Assembly: GCF_964355755.1 (NCBI RefSeq)
Contig: NC_092670.1
Span: forward strand, 40,350,388 to 40,414,387
DNA: 64,000 nucleotides
Source: Antedon mediterranea
Taxonomy: Eukaryota; Animalia; Echinodermata
Direction: 5' to 3'
Part shown: positions 1 through 13,300 of the stretch, piece after piece
Numbering within the stretch: position 1 is the first letter of the stretch
How the letters are laid out: each line of letters opens with the position of its first letter
Program-made: the position numbers and the translations under genes
Notes under the pieces: generated by a model
Seen by the model: only the letters and a program-made list of their open reading frames with translations
What the model was told of the DNA's origin: nothing
The model's database searches: none

Positions 1-614
1 TTCCAATTACCAGATTTTGAAAAGACATGTTTTATGATTGGTACCTTTAAAACAATCTCTATTTTTGTCCAAAAACCTTCAATAAATTTACAAGTAAAAA
101 ACATATGCTCCTCATCTTGTACCTCTCCAGATCTACCACATATTATTAGTATCCTTTAGTTTCCATATAAACAACCTTTTGTTGGTTGCTAAAATTCTAT
201 TTAAAAATTTGTAATTAAATTGTATTAATTTTTTATTTTTCATTTTACAAACATTAGATAACCAACATGGCTTCCAATCAATCTTCAAATTATCAAAATA
301 TTTTTCCTATTTTCTTTGACAAACCGGAGGGACAAAAATGTCCTCCACAAAACAGATATAAATACTCTTTGTTATAATGTCCTTATATATATTCTTAACA
401 ATATTTTCTGTTATATTATAATAACAATTATTCTCGTATTTGATTATAGTTTTACATAGCATTACATTTCTATTGGTAGGGTACATTAATTAAGTCTATT
501 GACAACTTAAAATTTTAAAAAGGCGAAAAATACACTAGAATTTCTGTGACTTTCTAAAGCTTGTGATTGGTTAAAATCAGTATTCTCTTGAAAAGATAAT
601 GAATTGGAAAATAA

Positions 615-1135
615 CAATAAGTGCCTAAATGGACATGCACCACCCTATTTATCAACTCAATTTATATTTACTGAAGAGAGTCACAATAAAGGTACACGAA
701 GTCAAAGTAACAACACTTTGATAATACCTAAATGGAATAATACACAAGGTAAAAGAACTTTTAATTACAGATCTACAATATTATGGAACTTTCTACCTAA
801 CAAAATAAAAAATGATCTTTATGATATGACAGTATCAACTTTCAAATCACAAAATTCAAAACTAAATCTAATTAATGCTCAATGATTAAAACTTCTTTTA
901 TCTTGTTTAAAAATCTCAATTATTTCTGTTTTTACCTTTAAATGTGCTTACTTTAATCATGGAGCTATAAATGTATAGCTCCATGCTTTAATTGTGTTAA
1001 TTTGATTTTGACAATATTAGGTTTAATTTTATATTTTCTTTTGTCAATTTATATGCTGTATTTTATTTACTGAAATCAGTACATTGTATTGAAAGTGTAT
1101 TTTAGAATAAAGAAAGACTAAATAAATAAATAAAC
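615..1135 (+). mobile_element. 3' fragment of a CR1/L2-like LINE (end of ORF2, 3' UTR, (AAAT)n tail)
   Basis: ORF 604-885 reads ...PPYL...TRSQ...LIIPK.N...GKRTFNYRSTILWNFLP, typical of the CR1/L2 ORF2 C-terminus. An aataaataaataa tail lies at ~1120-1133. The segment is absent from the paralogous upstream region of the second FReD copy (~6880-6900). Confidence 0.75.
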
Positions 1136-1783
1136 AATGATATTTCTCTTGTATGTAACAATGATGGATATCATTTAATTAACAGTACCATTCACTTGGG
1201 CTTTGAAAAAACCAATATTATAAGGCTTATCTCAAACGTGAGTTTAAAACAAAACAAATATTAATATTTTTATCGTTCACATTTTGATTCTCATCCTGTT
1301 GTTATTACCACAAAAACAATAAAATTTTAAATAATTTTAATCGTTTTATGCATTTCATCGTATTTTAACTTTTAACTTCCAAATTGTATCTACTTTTTGA
1401 ACTTCAACTTTTTAAGCTTTATATGCATTTTAACTTCTAAATTGTATCTTTTTAAGTTTTTGTGCAATAATGTGAGTGTATTCTATTTTTTAATGTTTGT
1501 TTATATTTTATATATATCTGTTTTTAATTGTACTAATAAATATTTGCCAATCTTTAAGAAGAATGATAATGGACAAATACAGCTATTCAGTATTCAGTCT
1601 GCCAAAATATGCCTAACTTTCTAAAAAAAATAAAATTTTGTGTTTTATCAAATTATGATAGAAAATAAAGGAAAATTCCCATCAACTATCTTCAATTTAA
1701 GATATAAGAATTGCTACAACATTTGTTGTTTGCTCTTCTGTTGTCAGTTATATTGTGTGAGGAGCTTTCAAGTGTGATACAGA

Positions 1784-4700
1784 ATGGACTGCAGAATGTT
1801 AGTAATTGGCTGTATGTTGGTTGTGATGGCTGCTGCCTGCTGCCCAGAAGATGATTGTGGATGCCCTTCTAGAAGTAAGTAGCATGACTCTATAACCAGC
1901 TGGTAAGAAACGGGTCAGCAGAGCAGAAATGGTACAAACTGTAAAAAGACAAATGTGTCATCTATTGGACATCTATGTCATCTATCAGACAATTAAATTC
2001 TAAATCTTACCTCTTGCAATTTTTAAATAAAAATGTTTAAAGTATACAATGGATCTAGTAAAAACTATCTTGTATAATTTAATAAATGATATTACTAAAT
2101 AATTAGAGAGAAAACAGGAACAATTAAGTAAGGAGTAAAAAGTTGGCCAAAGTACCAAACTATATAGTAAATACATGAAAGTTATTTTCTAGTGTTAGAA
2201 AATTGATTTATTTTGTATATTTAGAGAAGTGTTTTTTAAGGGACTGTGGTGAAATTTTGGAAAATGATCCTTCTGCTCAAAGTGGTGATTATTTTATACA
2301 GCCACACGACGAATAACCTGAGTTTATGGTCTACTGTGACATGAGGAAAGATGGCGGATGGACAGCAAGTAATATTAATGAACAATAAAAAGTTAAAAGC
2401 AAAGATTTTTTGAGCCAAAAAATGAAAAACTTTAAATTTGTCACACATTCAATTTGAAATATATTATGTGGTATTTAGATTTTGATGTATTTTTTATAGT
2501 TCAGCTGATGTGTAAAGTTTATATTTTTTATCCCAGGTGATACAACGAAGAGAGGATGGTTCAGAAAATTTCTACCGCGATTGGGCCAACTACAAAAAGG
2601 GTTTTGGAAATGTGCACTCAGAGTTTTGGCTTGGTAATGAAAAGATCAACCGTATAACATCTGATGGGGATTTTGAGCTATTAGTAGAGTTGACAGACCA
2701 CTTGGATGTAATGAAGTTTGCAAGATATTCTCACTTTCGTGTTGGTAGTGAGATGTCTAATTATCTTATGAGAATCAATGGATACACAGGAACTGCAGGT
2801 TAGTACAATCAATCAATTTTTACACTAAAAATCCATTTCAAGTAAACAAAGAACTAACATTATTATTTTTCTTTGTAGACCAGCTACACCTTTGTACCTT
2901 GCAGTATAACATAGACTAACACACACTGTGCGCTTTTTTGTTGTTGCATTTATCACTTTATATAATAACTGATTATAATACTGAGTTAAATGATAAGAAC
3001 ATTGACTGGAATAATTTATTTAAACAAGCTTACAGCCCAGTTAACATATCTTTATTTGGATTTTCGACATGTAATGAATATGTTCTCATCAGAAGAATCC
3101 CATGTTGTATCTAATTATGTACCAGCATGTATAAACAATTTTTATCATACTCTTTCATTTTCATTGTTGTTTTTGGAAATCAGTACATTTGTATTGAAAG
3201 TATACTTGAGTTAAAAGAAAGAATAATTAAGATACAGCAGATGGAAAATAACATAAAATTACAAATGAAATATTTAAAAACATTTTTATTCTTTCATTAT
3301 TGTTTTAACATTCCCAATGTATTACTGTTTTAGTAATGTCAAGTTTATCATTGTATTTTCATAGTTGTATTTTATGTTGTGTGTAATATGATTAAATGTG
3401 AGTCATCCCTATTAAATGTGAGTAATCCCTATTAAATGTGGGTCATCCCTATTAAATGTGAGTCATCCCTATTAAATGTGAGTCATCCCTATTAAATGTG
3501 GGTCATCCCTATTAAATGTGAGTCATCCCTATTAAATGTGAGTCATCCCTATTAAATGTGAGTCATCCCTATTAAATGTGGGTCATCCCTATTAAATGTG
3601 AGTCATCCCTATTAAATGTGAGTCATCCCTATTAAATGTGGGTCATCCCTATTAAATGTGAGTCATCCCTATTAAATGTGAGTCATCCCTATTAAATGTG
3701 GGTCATCCCTATTAAATGTGAGTCATCCCTATTAAATGTGAGTCATCCCTATTAAATGTGGGTCATCCCTATTAAATGTGGGTCATCCCTATTAAATGTG
3801 AGTCATCCCTATTAAATGTGAGTCATCCCTATTAAATGTGAGTCATCCCTATTAAATGTGAGTCATCCCTATTAAATGTGAGTCATCCCTATTAAATGTG
3901 AGTCATCCCTATTAAATGTGGGTCATCCCCATTAAATGTGAGTCATCCCCATTAAATGTGAGTCATCCCTATTAAATGTGAGTCATCCCTATTAAATGTG
4001 AGTCATCCCTATTAAATGTGAGTCATCCCTATTAAATGTGAGTCATCCCTATTAAATGTGAGTCATCCCTATTAAATGTGAGTCATCCCTATTAAATGTG
4101 AGTCATCCCTATTAAATGTGAGTCATCCCTATTAAATGTGAGTCTTCCCTATTAAATGTGAGTCATCCCTATTAAATGTGGGTCATCCCTATTAAATGTG
4201 GGTCATCCCTATTAAATGTGAGTCATCCCTATTAAATGTGAGTCATCCCTATTAAATGTGAGTCATCCCTATTAAATGTGAGTCATCCCTATTAAATGTG
4301 AGTCATCCCTATTAAATGTGAGTCATCCCTATTAAATGTGAGTCATCCCTATTAAATGTGAGTCATCCCTATTAAATGTGGGTCATCCCTATTAAATGTG
4401 GGTCATCCCCATTAAATGTGAGTCATCCCTATTAAATGTGAGTCATCCCTATTAAATGTGAGTCATCCCTATTAAATGTGGGTCATCCCTATTAAATGTG
4501 AGTCATCCCTATTAAATGTGAGTCATCCCTATTAAATGTGAGTCATCCCTATTAAATGTGAGTCATCCCTATTAAATGTGAGTCATCCCTATTAAATGTG
4601 AGTCATCCCTATTAAATGTGAGTCATCCCTATTAAATGTGAGTCATCCCTATTAAATGTGAGTCATCCCTATTAAATGTGAGTCATCCCTATTAAATGTG

Positions 4701-5473
4701 AGTCATCCCTATTAAATGTGAGTCATCCCCATTAAATGTGGGTCATCCCCTAAAAAGAAAACAAAGTATAATAATAAAATGTGGGTCATCCCTATTAAAT
4801 GTGGGTCATCCCTATTAAATGTGGGTCATCCCTATTAAATGTGGGTCATCCCTATTAAATGTGGGTCATCCCTATTAAATGTGGGTCATCCCCTAAAAAG
4901 AAAACAAAGTATAATAATAAGCAAACATTGAATGACCAACAAAATATCATAATATAGTAAAATAAATAACCATATTGTATAATGTATAGAATATAAGAAG
5001 CCTAATAACAAGAACACTAGATTTGAAAAAATTGTTATGATTTAAAACAAAATTAAATCCCCTAAAAGAGGATTTAAACGTAAAAACATAATTAATCAAA
5101 ACACTCATTGGGTATATTGTATCATTTTACATCACATATACGGTATTCATTTTCTCCATTCTATTAAACAAACTGTATGTATGCTGTAAACTTAAAGATG
5201 ATATAATATTTGGTTTGTTTAGGTGATTCTTTGGCACATAGCAATGGTGGACAATTTTCAACGTACGATACAGACAATGATAAGAATAGTGGTAACTGTG
5301 CTGAGGCATACAAAGGTGCTTGGTGGCACAATTCCTGTACTCATTCAAACCTGAATGGGCTTTACCTTACACCAGGATCTTCTACTTCTTATACTGGCAC
5401 ATATTGGTATCATTTCAAGAACAAGTGGGAAAGTCTCAAGAAGACAGTGATGATGGTTAAAAGAGCACCATAA
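1784..5473 (+). pseudogene. Secreted fibrinogen-related domain (FReD; ficolin/tachylectin-like) gene, copy 1, with an in-frame stop. Exons ~1784-1874, 2225-2364, 2537-2798, 5223-5473
   Basis: Exon 1 encodes the signal peptide MDCRMLVIGCMLVVMAAACCPEDDCGCPSR. Exon 2 reads RDCGEI...SGDYFIQPHDE*PEFMVYCDM..GGWT, exon 3 VIQRREDGSENFYRDWANYKKGFG...EFWLGNE, exon 4 GDSL...FSTYDTDND...NCA...GAWW...C..SNLNG. There is an in-frame TAA at 2314-2316 and a GC donor at 2365. Confidence 0.85.
3391..4893 (+). repeat. 20-bp minisatellite (attaaatgtgRgtcatccct), about 74 copies, in FReD intron 3
   Basis: Direct tandem repeat. It is interrupted once at ~4751-4776 by a copy of the right-flank sequence taaaaagaaaacaaagtataataataa. 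Confidence 0.98.
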
Positions 5474-7269
5474 GAGAGTTTTCATCACTTTAGAAATTTG
5501 ACATACAAAACGGCAAATATTAATTTGTTTCAAGATGTATTCAATAATCCTGTTTGGCTATCATACTTTTTGAATTATAGTAATTCAGTGTTTTAAATTA
5601 ATAATATAGAATTTGGTGATGGTAATTTTTTTAATTTTTGTCTCTTGAAAACAAATTTTATAAATAATTTTTTAACATATGATGACATAAAACAAATTTC
5701 AGTAATGTGCTATAATTATTATTACTAATCATACATACTGTATTGGGCCTACATACATTATGATTTGTTAATAAATTAAAATAATAATAATCATCAGAAT
5801 TTTAAAAATCTATGCTAATATTAGTAATACCTTAATGAATCAAATATATTTATTAAGTATAAGCTACTACTTTGGCTAGTCATATGGTATAAATTATTAT
5901 GTTTTTATTATTATTAGTTTTACTAAACTAAACGTTACCTACAGATGCTTTATTTATCATAAATATTGATAGTGTTATTGATACAACTCAACAATAGACA
6001 TATCATCAGAAATCTGCTGAGAACTAAATAACTCTTTAGAAAAACCTACTCTTCATGCCTGAAAAGCAATTCAATATTAATGTGGATGAAAAACTTGTTT
6101 TTGTCCATAAAATACTACAGAGAGGCATCAAATCCTGTTGTAAAATAGTTTATTAATGATTAACTAATTTTTCTTTTTCTGATATAAATACAACAAAGAT
6201 AAATGCATGAAAGTGTTTCTGTGTTATTTACTGTTGATATTGTTAACACTGGACCATATGGACAACTGGCGACCGAGAAACTAGGAGAAAGGGACAGTAT
6301 ATAGCCAGGAATTCATTGACATTAATCAAAATCAAGCATTAATATCATCCTGTCTTGAAAAAGCCAATTACTAAAGTGTTTAATCTCATTCACGAACAAA
6401 TTGGCTAAGCAAATTAAAAGGTCCTAACAAAGATAATTCTGTCTTGAGTGTTTACAAAAAGCAAATTACAAAGTGTTATCTCATTCACGAATCAATTACC
6501 TGAAACATTTATAACAAAATATCCAAACAAACTTATATGACATTCAAATATTGTTCTGTATAATATAATTTGTAACTTTGAGATTATGCAAAATCCTACT
6601 ATTAAACCTTTCAGTTGAAAGGATTTGAGAACATCTGGGTTGTTCCATAAAAGAGAGGTGTTCCAACATTGCACTGTCAGATAGATTCATCGTTCAGCTG
6701 AAGTGTAGAGAACATTGAACATACAATTGTAAGTATTACATGTTTACTTGAATATTAATTTAGCCTACTGACAACTTAAATTCTAAAATTAGAGAGACGA
6801 GTCCCTATTGACAGTTTCAACAATTTAAGAACGTGGCATGATGATTGGTTGAAATCAGTATTTTATTGAAAAGATAATGACTTAGCAAATGGAAATAACA
6901 TATTCTTTTGTATGTAGCATAAAATTATAGTCATTTAACAGTATTAAAATACTTTTGAAATATTCATTTATATATACTTTTTTAATTCTTTTTTTCTGGT
7001 GGAACTAGCCTTAAAGCCCTCTGGGCTTATATAAGTTTCTCCAGCATAAGTGCATACTAATTTTTTAAAATAATAATGTATTGTTATTACATAATGATGG
7101 ATTTTATGAAAATAAAATTGAATTATGGTAGAAAATAAAGGTGAATTGTATATTTTTTTTAAATTTAAATATTTATAAAACAAAATAATTGCTTCCAACA
7201 TTTGATTGTTCTCCCAGTGTACTTCTATATTGGGTGAATTTGTAAGGAAGCTTTCAAGTGTGATCCAGA

Positions 7270-9197
7270 ATGGATTGCAGAATGTTAGTAATTGGCTGTA
7301 TGTTGGTTGTAATGGCTTCTGCCTGTTGCCCAGAAGATGATTGTGGATGCCCTTCATTTTTTGGGGTAAAAGTTGTGTTAGACTGAATATAAATATGTAT
7401 ATTCTGAACAATTTGACACCAAAAGCAAATCTGTATGACAAGTGGTTGTCGAGATATAAGAACCACACATTTCTAACCTTTGACCCCGATTTTGGGCATG
7501 TTCGCCCCAGATAACGAATTTGGCACATATCCCATGTTGTTCCTTGGGGTCTAATTATCCTATAACAGTTGAGATATTCTCTCCTAAATTAAATGCATAC
7601 AAATCTTACCAAGGTCCTAGACTAGCAGTAGTTATTAATGAATAAAGGTCAATGACCTTTGACCCGACTATCTGACCAATGGCACAAGTAACCCGAAATT
7701 TGCAAAAACTTTATTTTGTTGTATGACCACTAAAACATAGATGTAGGCAAAACATTTGTCTTTTTAAACCCAGGAGTTGAGGAGCTATGAGCCATCAAAT
7801 GCCACAAAAAGGTCACTGACCTTTGACCCTCAATATCTCACTAACGCAGCAACTAGAAGGCTGCAAAAATTTTTGGGTATTTATTCACACCTAAAGCTAC
7901 AAGAAAATACCAAAAGACCTTTTATTAGAATTTTTTCAAGGTTACATAGGATAAATGTCACATATAGCCTGTACTAAAAGGGTTTTGGAAATGTGCACTC
8001 AGAGTTCTGGCTTGGTAATGATAATGTCAACCGTATAACATCTGATGGGGATTTTGAACTCTTAGTAGAGATGACAGATTACTTGGATGTAATGAAGTTT
8101 GCAAGATATTCTCACTTTCGTGTTGGTAGTGAGATGTCTAACTATCTTATGAGAATCAGTGGATACACAGGAACTGCAGGTTAGTGTACTCTCAATCAAC
8201 TTACACTAAAAAAATGTTTAGTGCTTTTACTTAACAATAAAATAACCATATTGTATAATTCATAGAAAAAATCCCAACAACAAGAACAAATTCCCTAAAA
8301 CAGGATGTAAATCTCTGGCATACAAGTTTAAAGAAAAATAAATAAACAAAACATATTCCTTGGGATACATATTCCGTGACACATCATTACCTATCTCGTT
8401 GAAAAGACAGGTCTTCAACCAATGCATCATACCAACCCTTATCTACAGTTCGGAAACATGGACCATTACTAAGCGTCTCGAAAAAAGGCTAAGAGTAACA
8501 TAAAGGGCAATGGAAAGAGTACTAATAGGTGTCAAATACAAATCTCAGATTTAGATCAAGAGTTCAAGACATAATAAGCAGCATAAAATCAAAGAAATGG
8601 AGGTGGGCAGGACATTTGGCCAGGAGATGTGACAACAGATGGACAGTCAGACTGACAAATTGGACTCCAAGAACCTACAAAAGAGGCAGAGGGAGACAAA
8701 AGATGAGATGGAGGGATGAACTAACAACACATGGTGGCATTGCATGGCAAAGAGTAGCTAGAGACAGAAGTAAATGGTCAATTGGTGAAGAGGCCTTCGT
8801 CCTACAGTGGAAAGAAATAGGTTAAGAAGAAGAAGAAGAAATAAACAAAAATAAATCAAAAAGCTCATTGGGTTTATTGTAAATCATTTTACATCGTATA
8901 ATTGTTTCTATACTTTATATAGTAGAAGAAAAAAACTGTATTTGAATAATGTATCTAATATTTTGTTTGTTTAGGTGACTCTTTGGCATACCACAATGGT
9001 CAACAATTTTCAACGTACGATAGAGACAATGATGTGCATTCTACACAAAGTCCTGTGGTTATTCAAACCTGAATGGCCTTTACCTTACACCAGGATCTAC
9101 TTCTACTAGTACTACTGGCATATTTTGGTATCATTTCAAGGGAACTCATTATTACAGTCTCAAGAAAACAGTGATGATGGTTAAAAGAGCAACATAA
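7270..9197 (+). pseudogene. FReD gene copy 2, a decayed tandem paralog
   Basis: A near-identical signal-peptide exon starts at ATG 7270 and breaks at ~7356. Exon 2 and the start of exon 3 are missing, and homology resumes at ~7976 (KGFGNVHSEFWLG..GYTGTAG). The last exon (8975-9197) lacks the NCA..GAWW segment and is frameshifted. Upstream and 3' UTR sequence is homologous to copy 1. Confidence 0.9.
8352..8838 (+). mobile_element. 5'-truncated RTE-clade LINE with (GAA)n tail and 12-bp TSD
   Basis: ORF reads KWRWAGHLARR.DNRWT...W.P...KR.RGRQKMRW.DEL, the RTE ORF2 C-terminus. A gaagaagaagaagaa tail follows. aaataaacaaaa flanks both sides (8340-8351 and 8839-8850). Confidence 0.9.
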
Positions 9198-9494
9198 GAG
9201 AGTTTTCATTATCACTTTATAGTAATTTGATTTATAAATATACAAAATGGCAAATATTTAATTTTTTTTTCAAGATGTAGTAAAGTCAACAATCCTGTTT
9301 GGCTATCATTTTTTAGTGTTATATTAATTATTTAAATTTAACTAGAATTTTGAATTAGAACTTTTTGTCTCTGGAAAACATTTCATTGTTTTATAAATGT
9401 TTTAACATATGAAAATTAAATTAATTTTCTTAAATTATTATTAATCACAGTGTTTCATCTCAATCACAAATCAATTAGCCACAACAAATTAGAA

Positions 9495-9790
9495 AAATCC
9501 CCAGGCCCCTTCTAAATCCCCAGGCCACCTCTAAATCCCCAGGCACCCTATAAATCCCCAGGCTCCCCTCTAAAAATCCCCATGCCCCCTCTAAAAATCC
9601 ACAAGCCACCCCTCTGAAAATCCCCCGGCCCCCCTCTAAAAATCCCCAGGCCCCTTTAAAAATCCCCAGGCGCCCTATAAATTTCACAAATTGTAATGCA
9701 AAAGATAGGACATCAAATTAAGTTCAGAATTTCATTTCACTACTTTTAGGCCCTGGGCCCCCTTTTTCAAAATCCTGGATCCGCCACTGG
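9495..9790. repeat. C-rich ~21-bp degenerate minisatellite ending in the interspersed-repeat terminus aaaatcctggatccgccactg
   Basis: Units resemble aaatccccaggcccctct. Similar ctggatccgcc/ctggatccacc termini recur at ~11080 and ~26817. Confidence 0.65.
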
Positions 9791-10307
9791 TAGAAGTGTT
9801 TAAAAGGCATGGGAACATTTGCATTTTCAATTCACATAGTTTTGCTGCTTATGGCGCCTCATACATGTGATGCACATATTCACCTTATTAATACAGGATG
9901 TTAGCCATTTTTGAATAAATGCATTCACGAAGGATTTTGGATATTGTGTTTTGGAATTTGTTTGTACAGATAATTTATATACAGTTTGATATCATCATAC
10001 AGTATAACTTGAAGTATGGTTTATGTGATCCACCAATGATATCAGTACTATGATACTGAAGGTGTCAGCAATAGAGACAGAAATAAATAAATAAATATTG
10101 TAATCTGGCAAAAATTATTAAGTAAAAGCAGAACTATTTTCAATATATCAATTTATTAGAAGAATAGTATAAAACAGTTTGTTTGTTTGGTTTGTTTCAT
10201 TATGCATAAGTATAGGCAGTGTGTTGGATGACATCCCGTATGTAAGTTCAAAACAAAGGCCCAGAAGTCAGCATGTTGAATCTATGCCAGTATTACCTGT
10301 ATAATCA

Positions 10308-13300
10308 TCATGATACTCCAGTCCACTGTACTGATGTATACACAAGTGTGTCTTGTTTATCTAGTGAACATATAATCACCGTTTTCCTGACATTGGAAGC
10401 CATGCGGCCAAACTGCACTAAATCACGCGCACTAAACAGCTCACAATGAGGGCGACAGATAGCAATGTAGGAGGAGTGGAATAGCAACGGGTTACCTGAG
10501 GGGAAAAAAGAAAATTTGTAACATTATTTATTGACAAAATGTATTTATTATAATTTATAAATTCAAAGGAAAGATACTGAAAAAAATCTCAATGGGAATA
10601 CAAATGAAATAAGCAAACAGCAAGAAATAAAGTGCCAAGCTTTCAGAAAACACTATTCCTTTGTCAGGGCTATTATTATATTTATAAAGATATTATTAAA
10701 CCTACAAACGTGTTACTACTGTACCTGGGTAAACTAAAAAGTCACCTCCAAACTTTCCGCCACTTGTCAAGAAGTAGCCTTTCTCCCAGAAATCCTTAAA
10801 GACGCGGAATCTCAGCCAATCCGTTTCTGTTGATGGGTAGTTCCATTCATCGACGGGGTGTTTACTATAGTTGGTAGCACCTACAAATAAAATATCAAGT
10901 GGAAATCATTAAAAATACAAAATGTTTCTTCTTACAAATAAATAAGAAGCAGGGAAGGATCCTTGGACGTAGCGCTTGGTCCCCTTGACAGCTAGAATGA
11001 CATGAACTACTTTTTGATATCTAGTTTTGACAGACTGTCAATATTACTATTAATATGTCAGCATTCCTCAATTAAAAAATCCTGGATCCACCCCAGAGAA
11101 GGGTTGTCTATATTGTATAATGTAAAAAGAGGGTGGCAAGTGGGTAGGCCTACAATATGAGGGAATCTATAAAGCTAAGAGAAAGGTCTACTGAGGAGGA
11201 AAAAGAAGATATTGATTAGTGGAGGGTGAGGTGAGATGCAATAACAAATTGCTTTTGTCTTACTTGTTGGTAGGTGTATGAGGCATCCTTGATTAGCCTT
11301 GCTAATACTGGTTTCTTCCTTTTCATCCACTTTGAACAATTCACATTTGTTCTTAGGTTCTGCTTCTTTTGTTGAATAGTTTATATTACATGGTGTGTCT
11401 ACATCTTCATTTTTGTTACTTGTTTTATCTTCAGTTAATTTTAAATGTCCATGCTTTGAAATATCAACTTGGCTTCTTTCCTCAAATTCTTTGGTCAACT
11501 CTGTTTTGTCTTCATCTTTATTTTCATCTATGATTTTTTGTCTTTTGACATGTTCTTCTGAATCAGTATTATCTCTTTCTCTTTTGCCATATTTGGTGAT
11601 TTCTTCTAAATCATGATCGATAGTAGGATGTTTGTCAATATTCTTTTCTTTTTGTTCAACTACCTGTGTTGTTATAGAACAAGTATTAGACAAACAATCA
11701 TATATTGAATCTTTAACTTCTTCCTCAGTAGGTTTATTTGAAAACAATTCTTCAACGACCTCATTAGATTCTATTTTCCTGGCTACTTCCTCTTTCGTCT
11801 TTCCACTCAGCATCATTTTTCTACTCCTTGCTCTCTCCTTTCTTATAGTTTTCTTCTTTTTTGCATGATCTGCCTTATTTTTATTTAAAAATTCCACTTT
11901 CTTTGATTCTTTTTCTGACTGCATGATCTGTTTCTAAAATGAAAAATTGATAATGATAACACAGATGGAATAACATCAAGGAATAGACTCACATTTTAAC
12001 AGATATTAAGCTCTGTCTACACTATCAAACTAGTGTGATGTACCCAAATATTGTAGTGATATGTCTAAATATGGTAGTGATATGACGTTACCATGTCCAT
12101 ATATAGGCACATCACATTTTTTGTCACATAAAGGTTGATAGTGTAGACAGAGCTTTAGTCTTGTAAAAGTTGACGATTTTAAATAAAGTAGAACTTCCAA
12201 ACCTGTTCTGAGAAACTTTTCAATCTATCCTCCTGATACTTGTGCACATCTGCAGCTGTTGGAATTTTGACTTTTATATTTATAATCCTTGCCACACCTA
12301 CAAAAATTAAATATTCATACTTTTTTTTTAACGTTATATTACCGGCTCTTTAAAAAATTTTAAAAATTGGGAGAAACATGAAGTAATCTGGAGAGTTGGT
12401 ACCAGCATAGGAGGAAGTATATGGTACGAGAGATGGATTCAGGATGTTAGAAAATAAGAGATCCTACTTTCTTACAAATATAATGCAGGTGGGAAAGCCA
12501 CGATTTTTTGAAATCGTACAATTTTTTTCTTTCGTCCAACCAGCAGTGAGCATTAATGATCTTGCTTGAAAACGGATAACCGAATCATGCTCGATGTGAA
12601 AGCTCGCTCAACGCTCGCGATATTTTTCTCAGGGCATGTGAAAGTAGCTCAACTCTGGTTAGTACTGTTAGGGTGCTGGTATGAGCTTATCATTCTTTTC
12701 CTTCTTCACTTTCCTTCCTTTTTCACAGCACTTTCAAAGAAAGAAACCATTTAATGAATGTATTAATAAAGTGAAAATAGTAATACCATATTCTATCAGG
12801 ACAGCTGCTTCTTCTGGCATAAGTTGAAGAGGAAGACCAAGCTGCAAATTCTGATGTGGTGCTCTTGGTAGGCAACCGATTAGCTTTCCAACAATGTTGT
12901 GTTTTTCTCGAATCGTTTTTACATCTAAAAAAGAAAGCAATTTATTCAATCAGATGTAAATTAATTTTTATGCGACATAACTAAACGGAATAATTTTTTT
13001 GATACTAGAGTAATTAACAAGTGGAACTCGCTGCCCGAATCTGTTGTCAATAGCAAGAGTGTAAATTCATTCAAAAACAAACTTGACAAATACACACACA
13101 TACACACATATGAGAGAAGAGGCTCCCTACGAGTTTAAAAACTCATTGCCTCTTAACTTTACTAAAGGTAAGAATTACTAAAGGTAAGAATAATTACTTG
13201 TCGGTTGATTATTAATATTTTTTAAAATTGATTATTTAATTGAAATCTAATCTAGGCTAGCCTATTAATACACAACATTTGAAATTAAAATGAAAACAAA

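Noticed and set aside
2314-2316. Selenocysteine or programmed readthrough in FReD exon 2
   Set aside because: The codon is TAA rather than TGA, it falls in a variable loop, and no supporting signal is visible.
6968-7528. 186-aa minus-strand ORF
   Set aside because: It spans antisense FReD exon 1, upstream DNA and the filler junction, with no recognisable domain.
11175-11924. Stand-alone 249-aa charged protein
   Set aside because: It is the large linker exon of TSEN34 read through into the intron.
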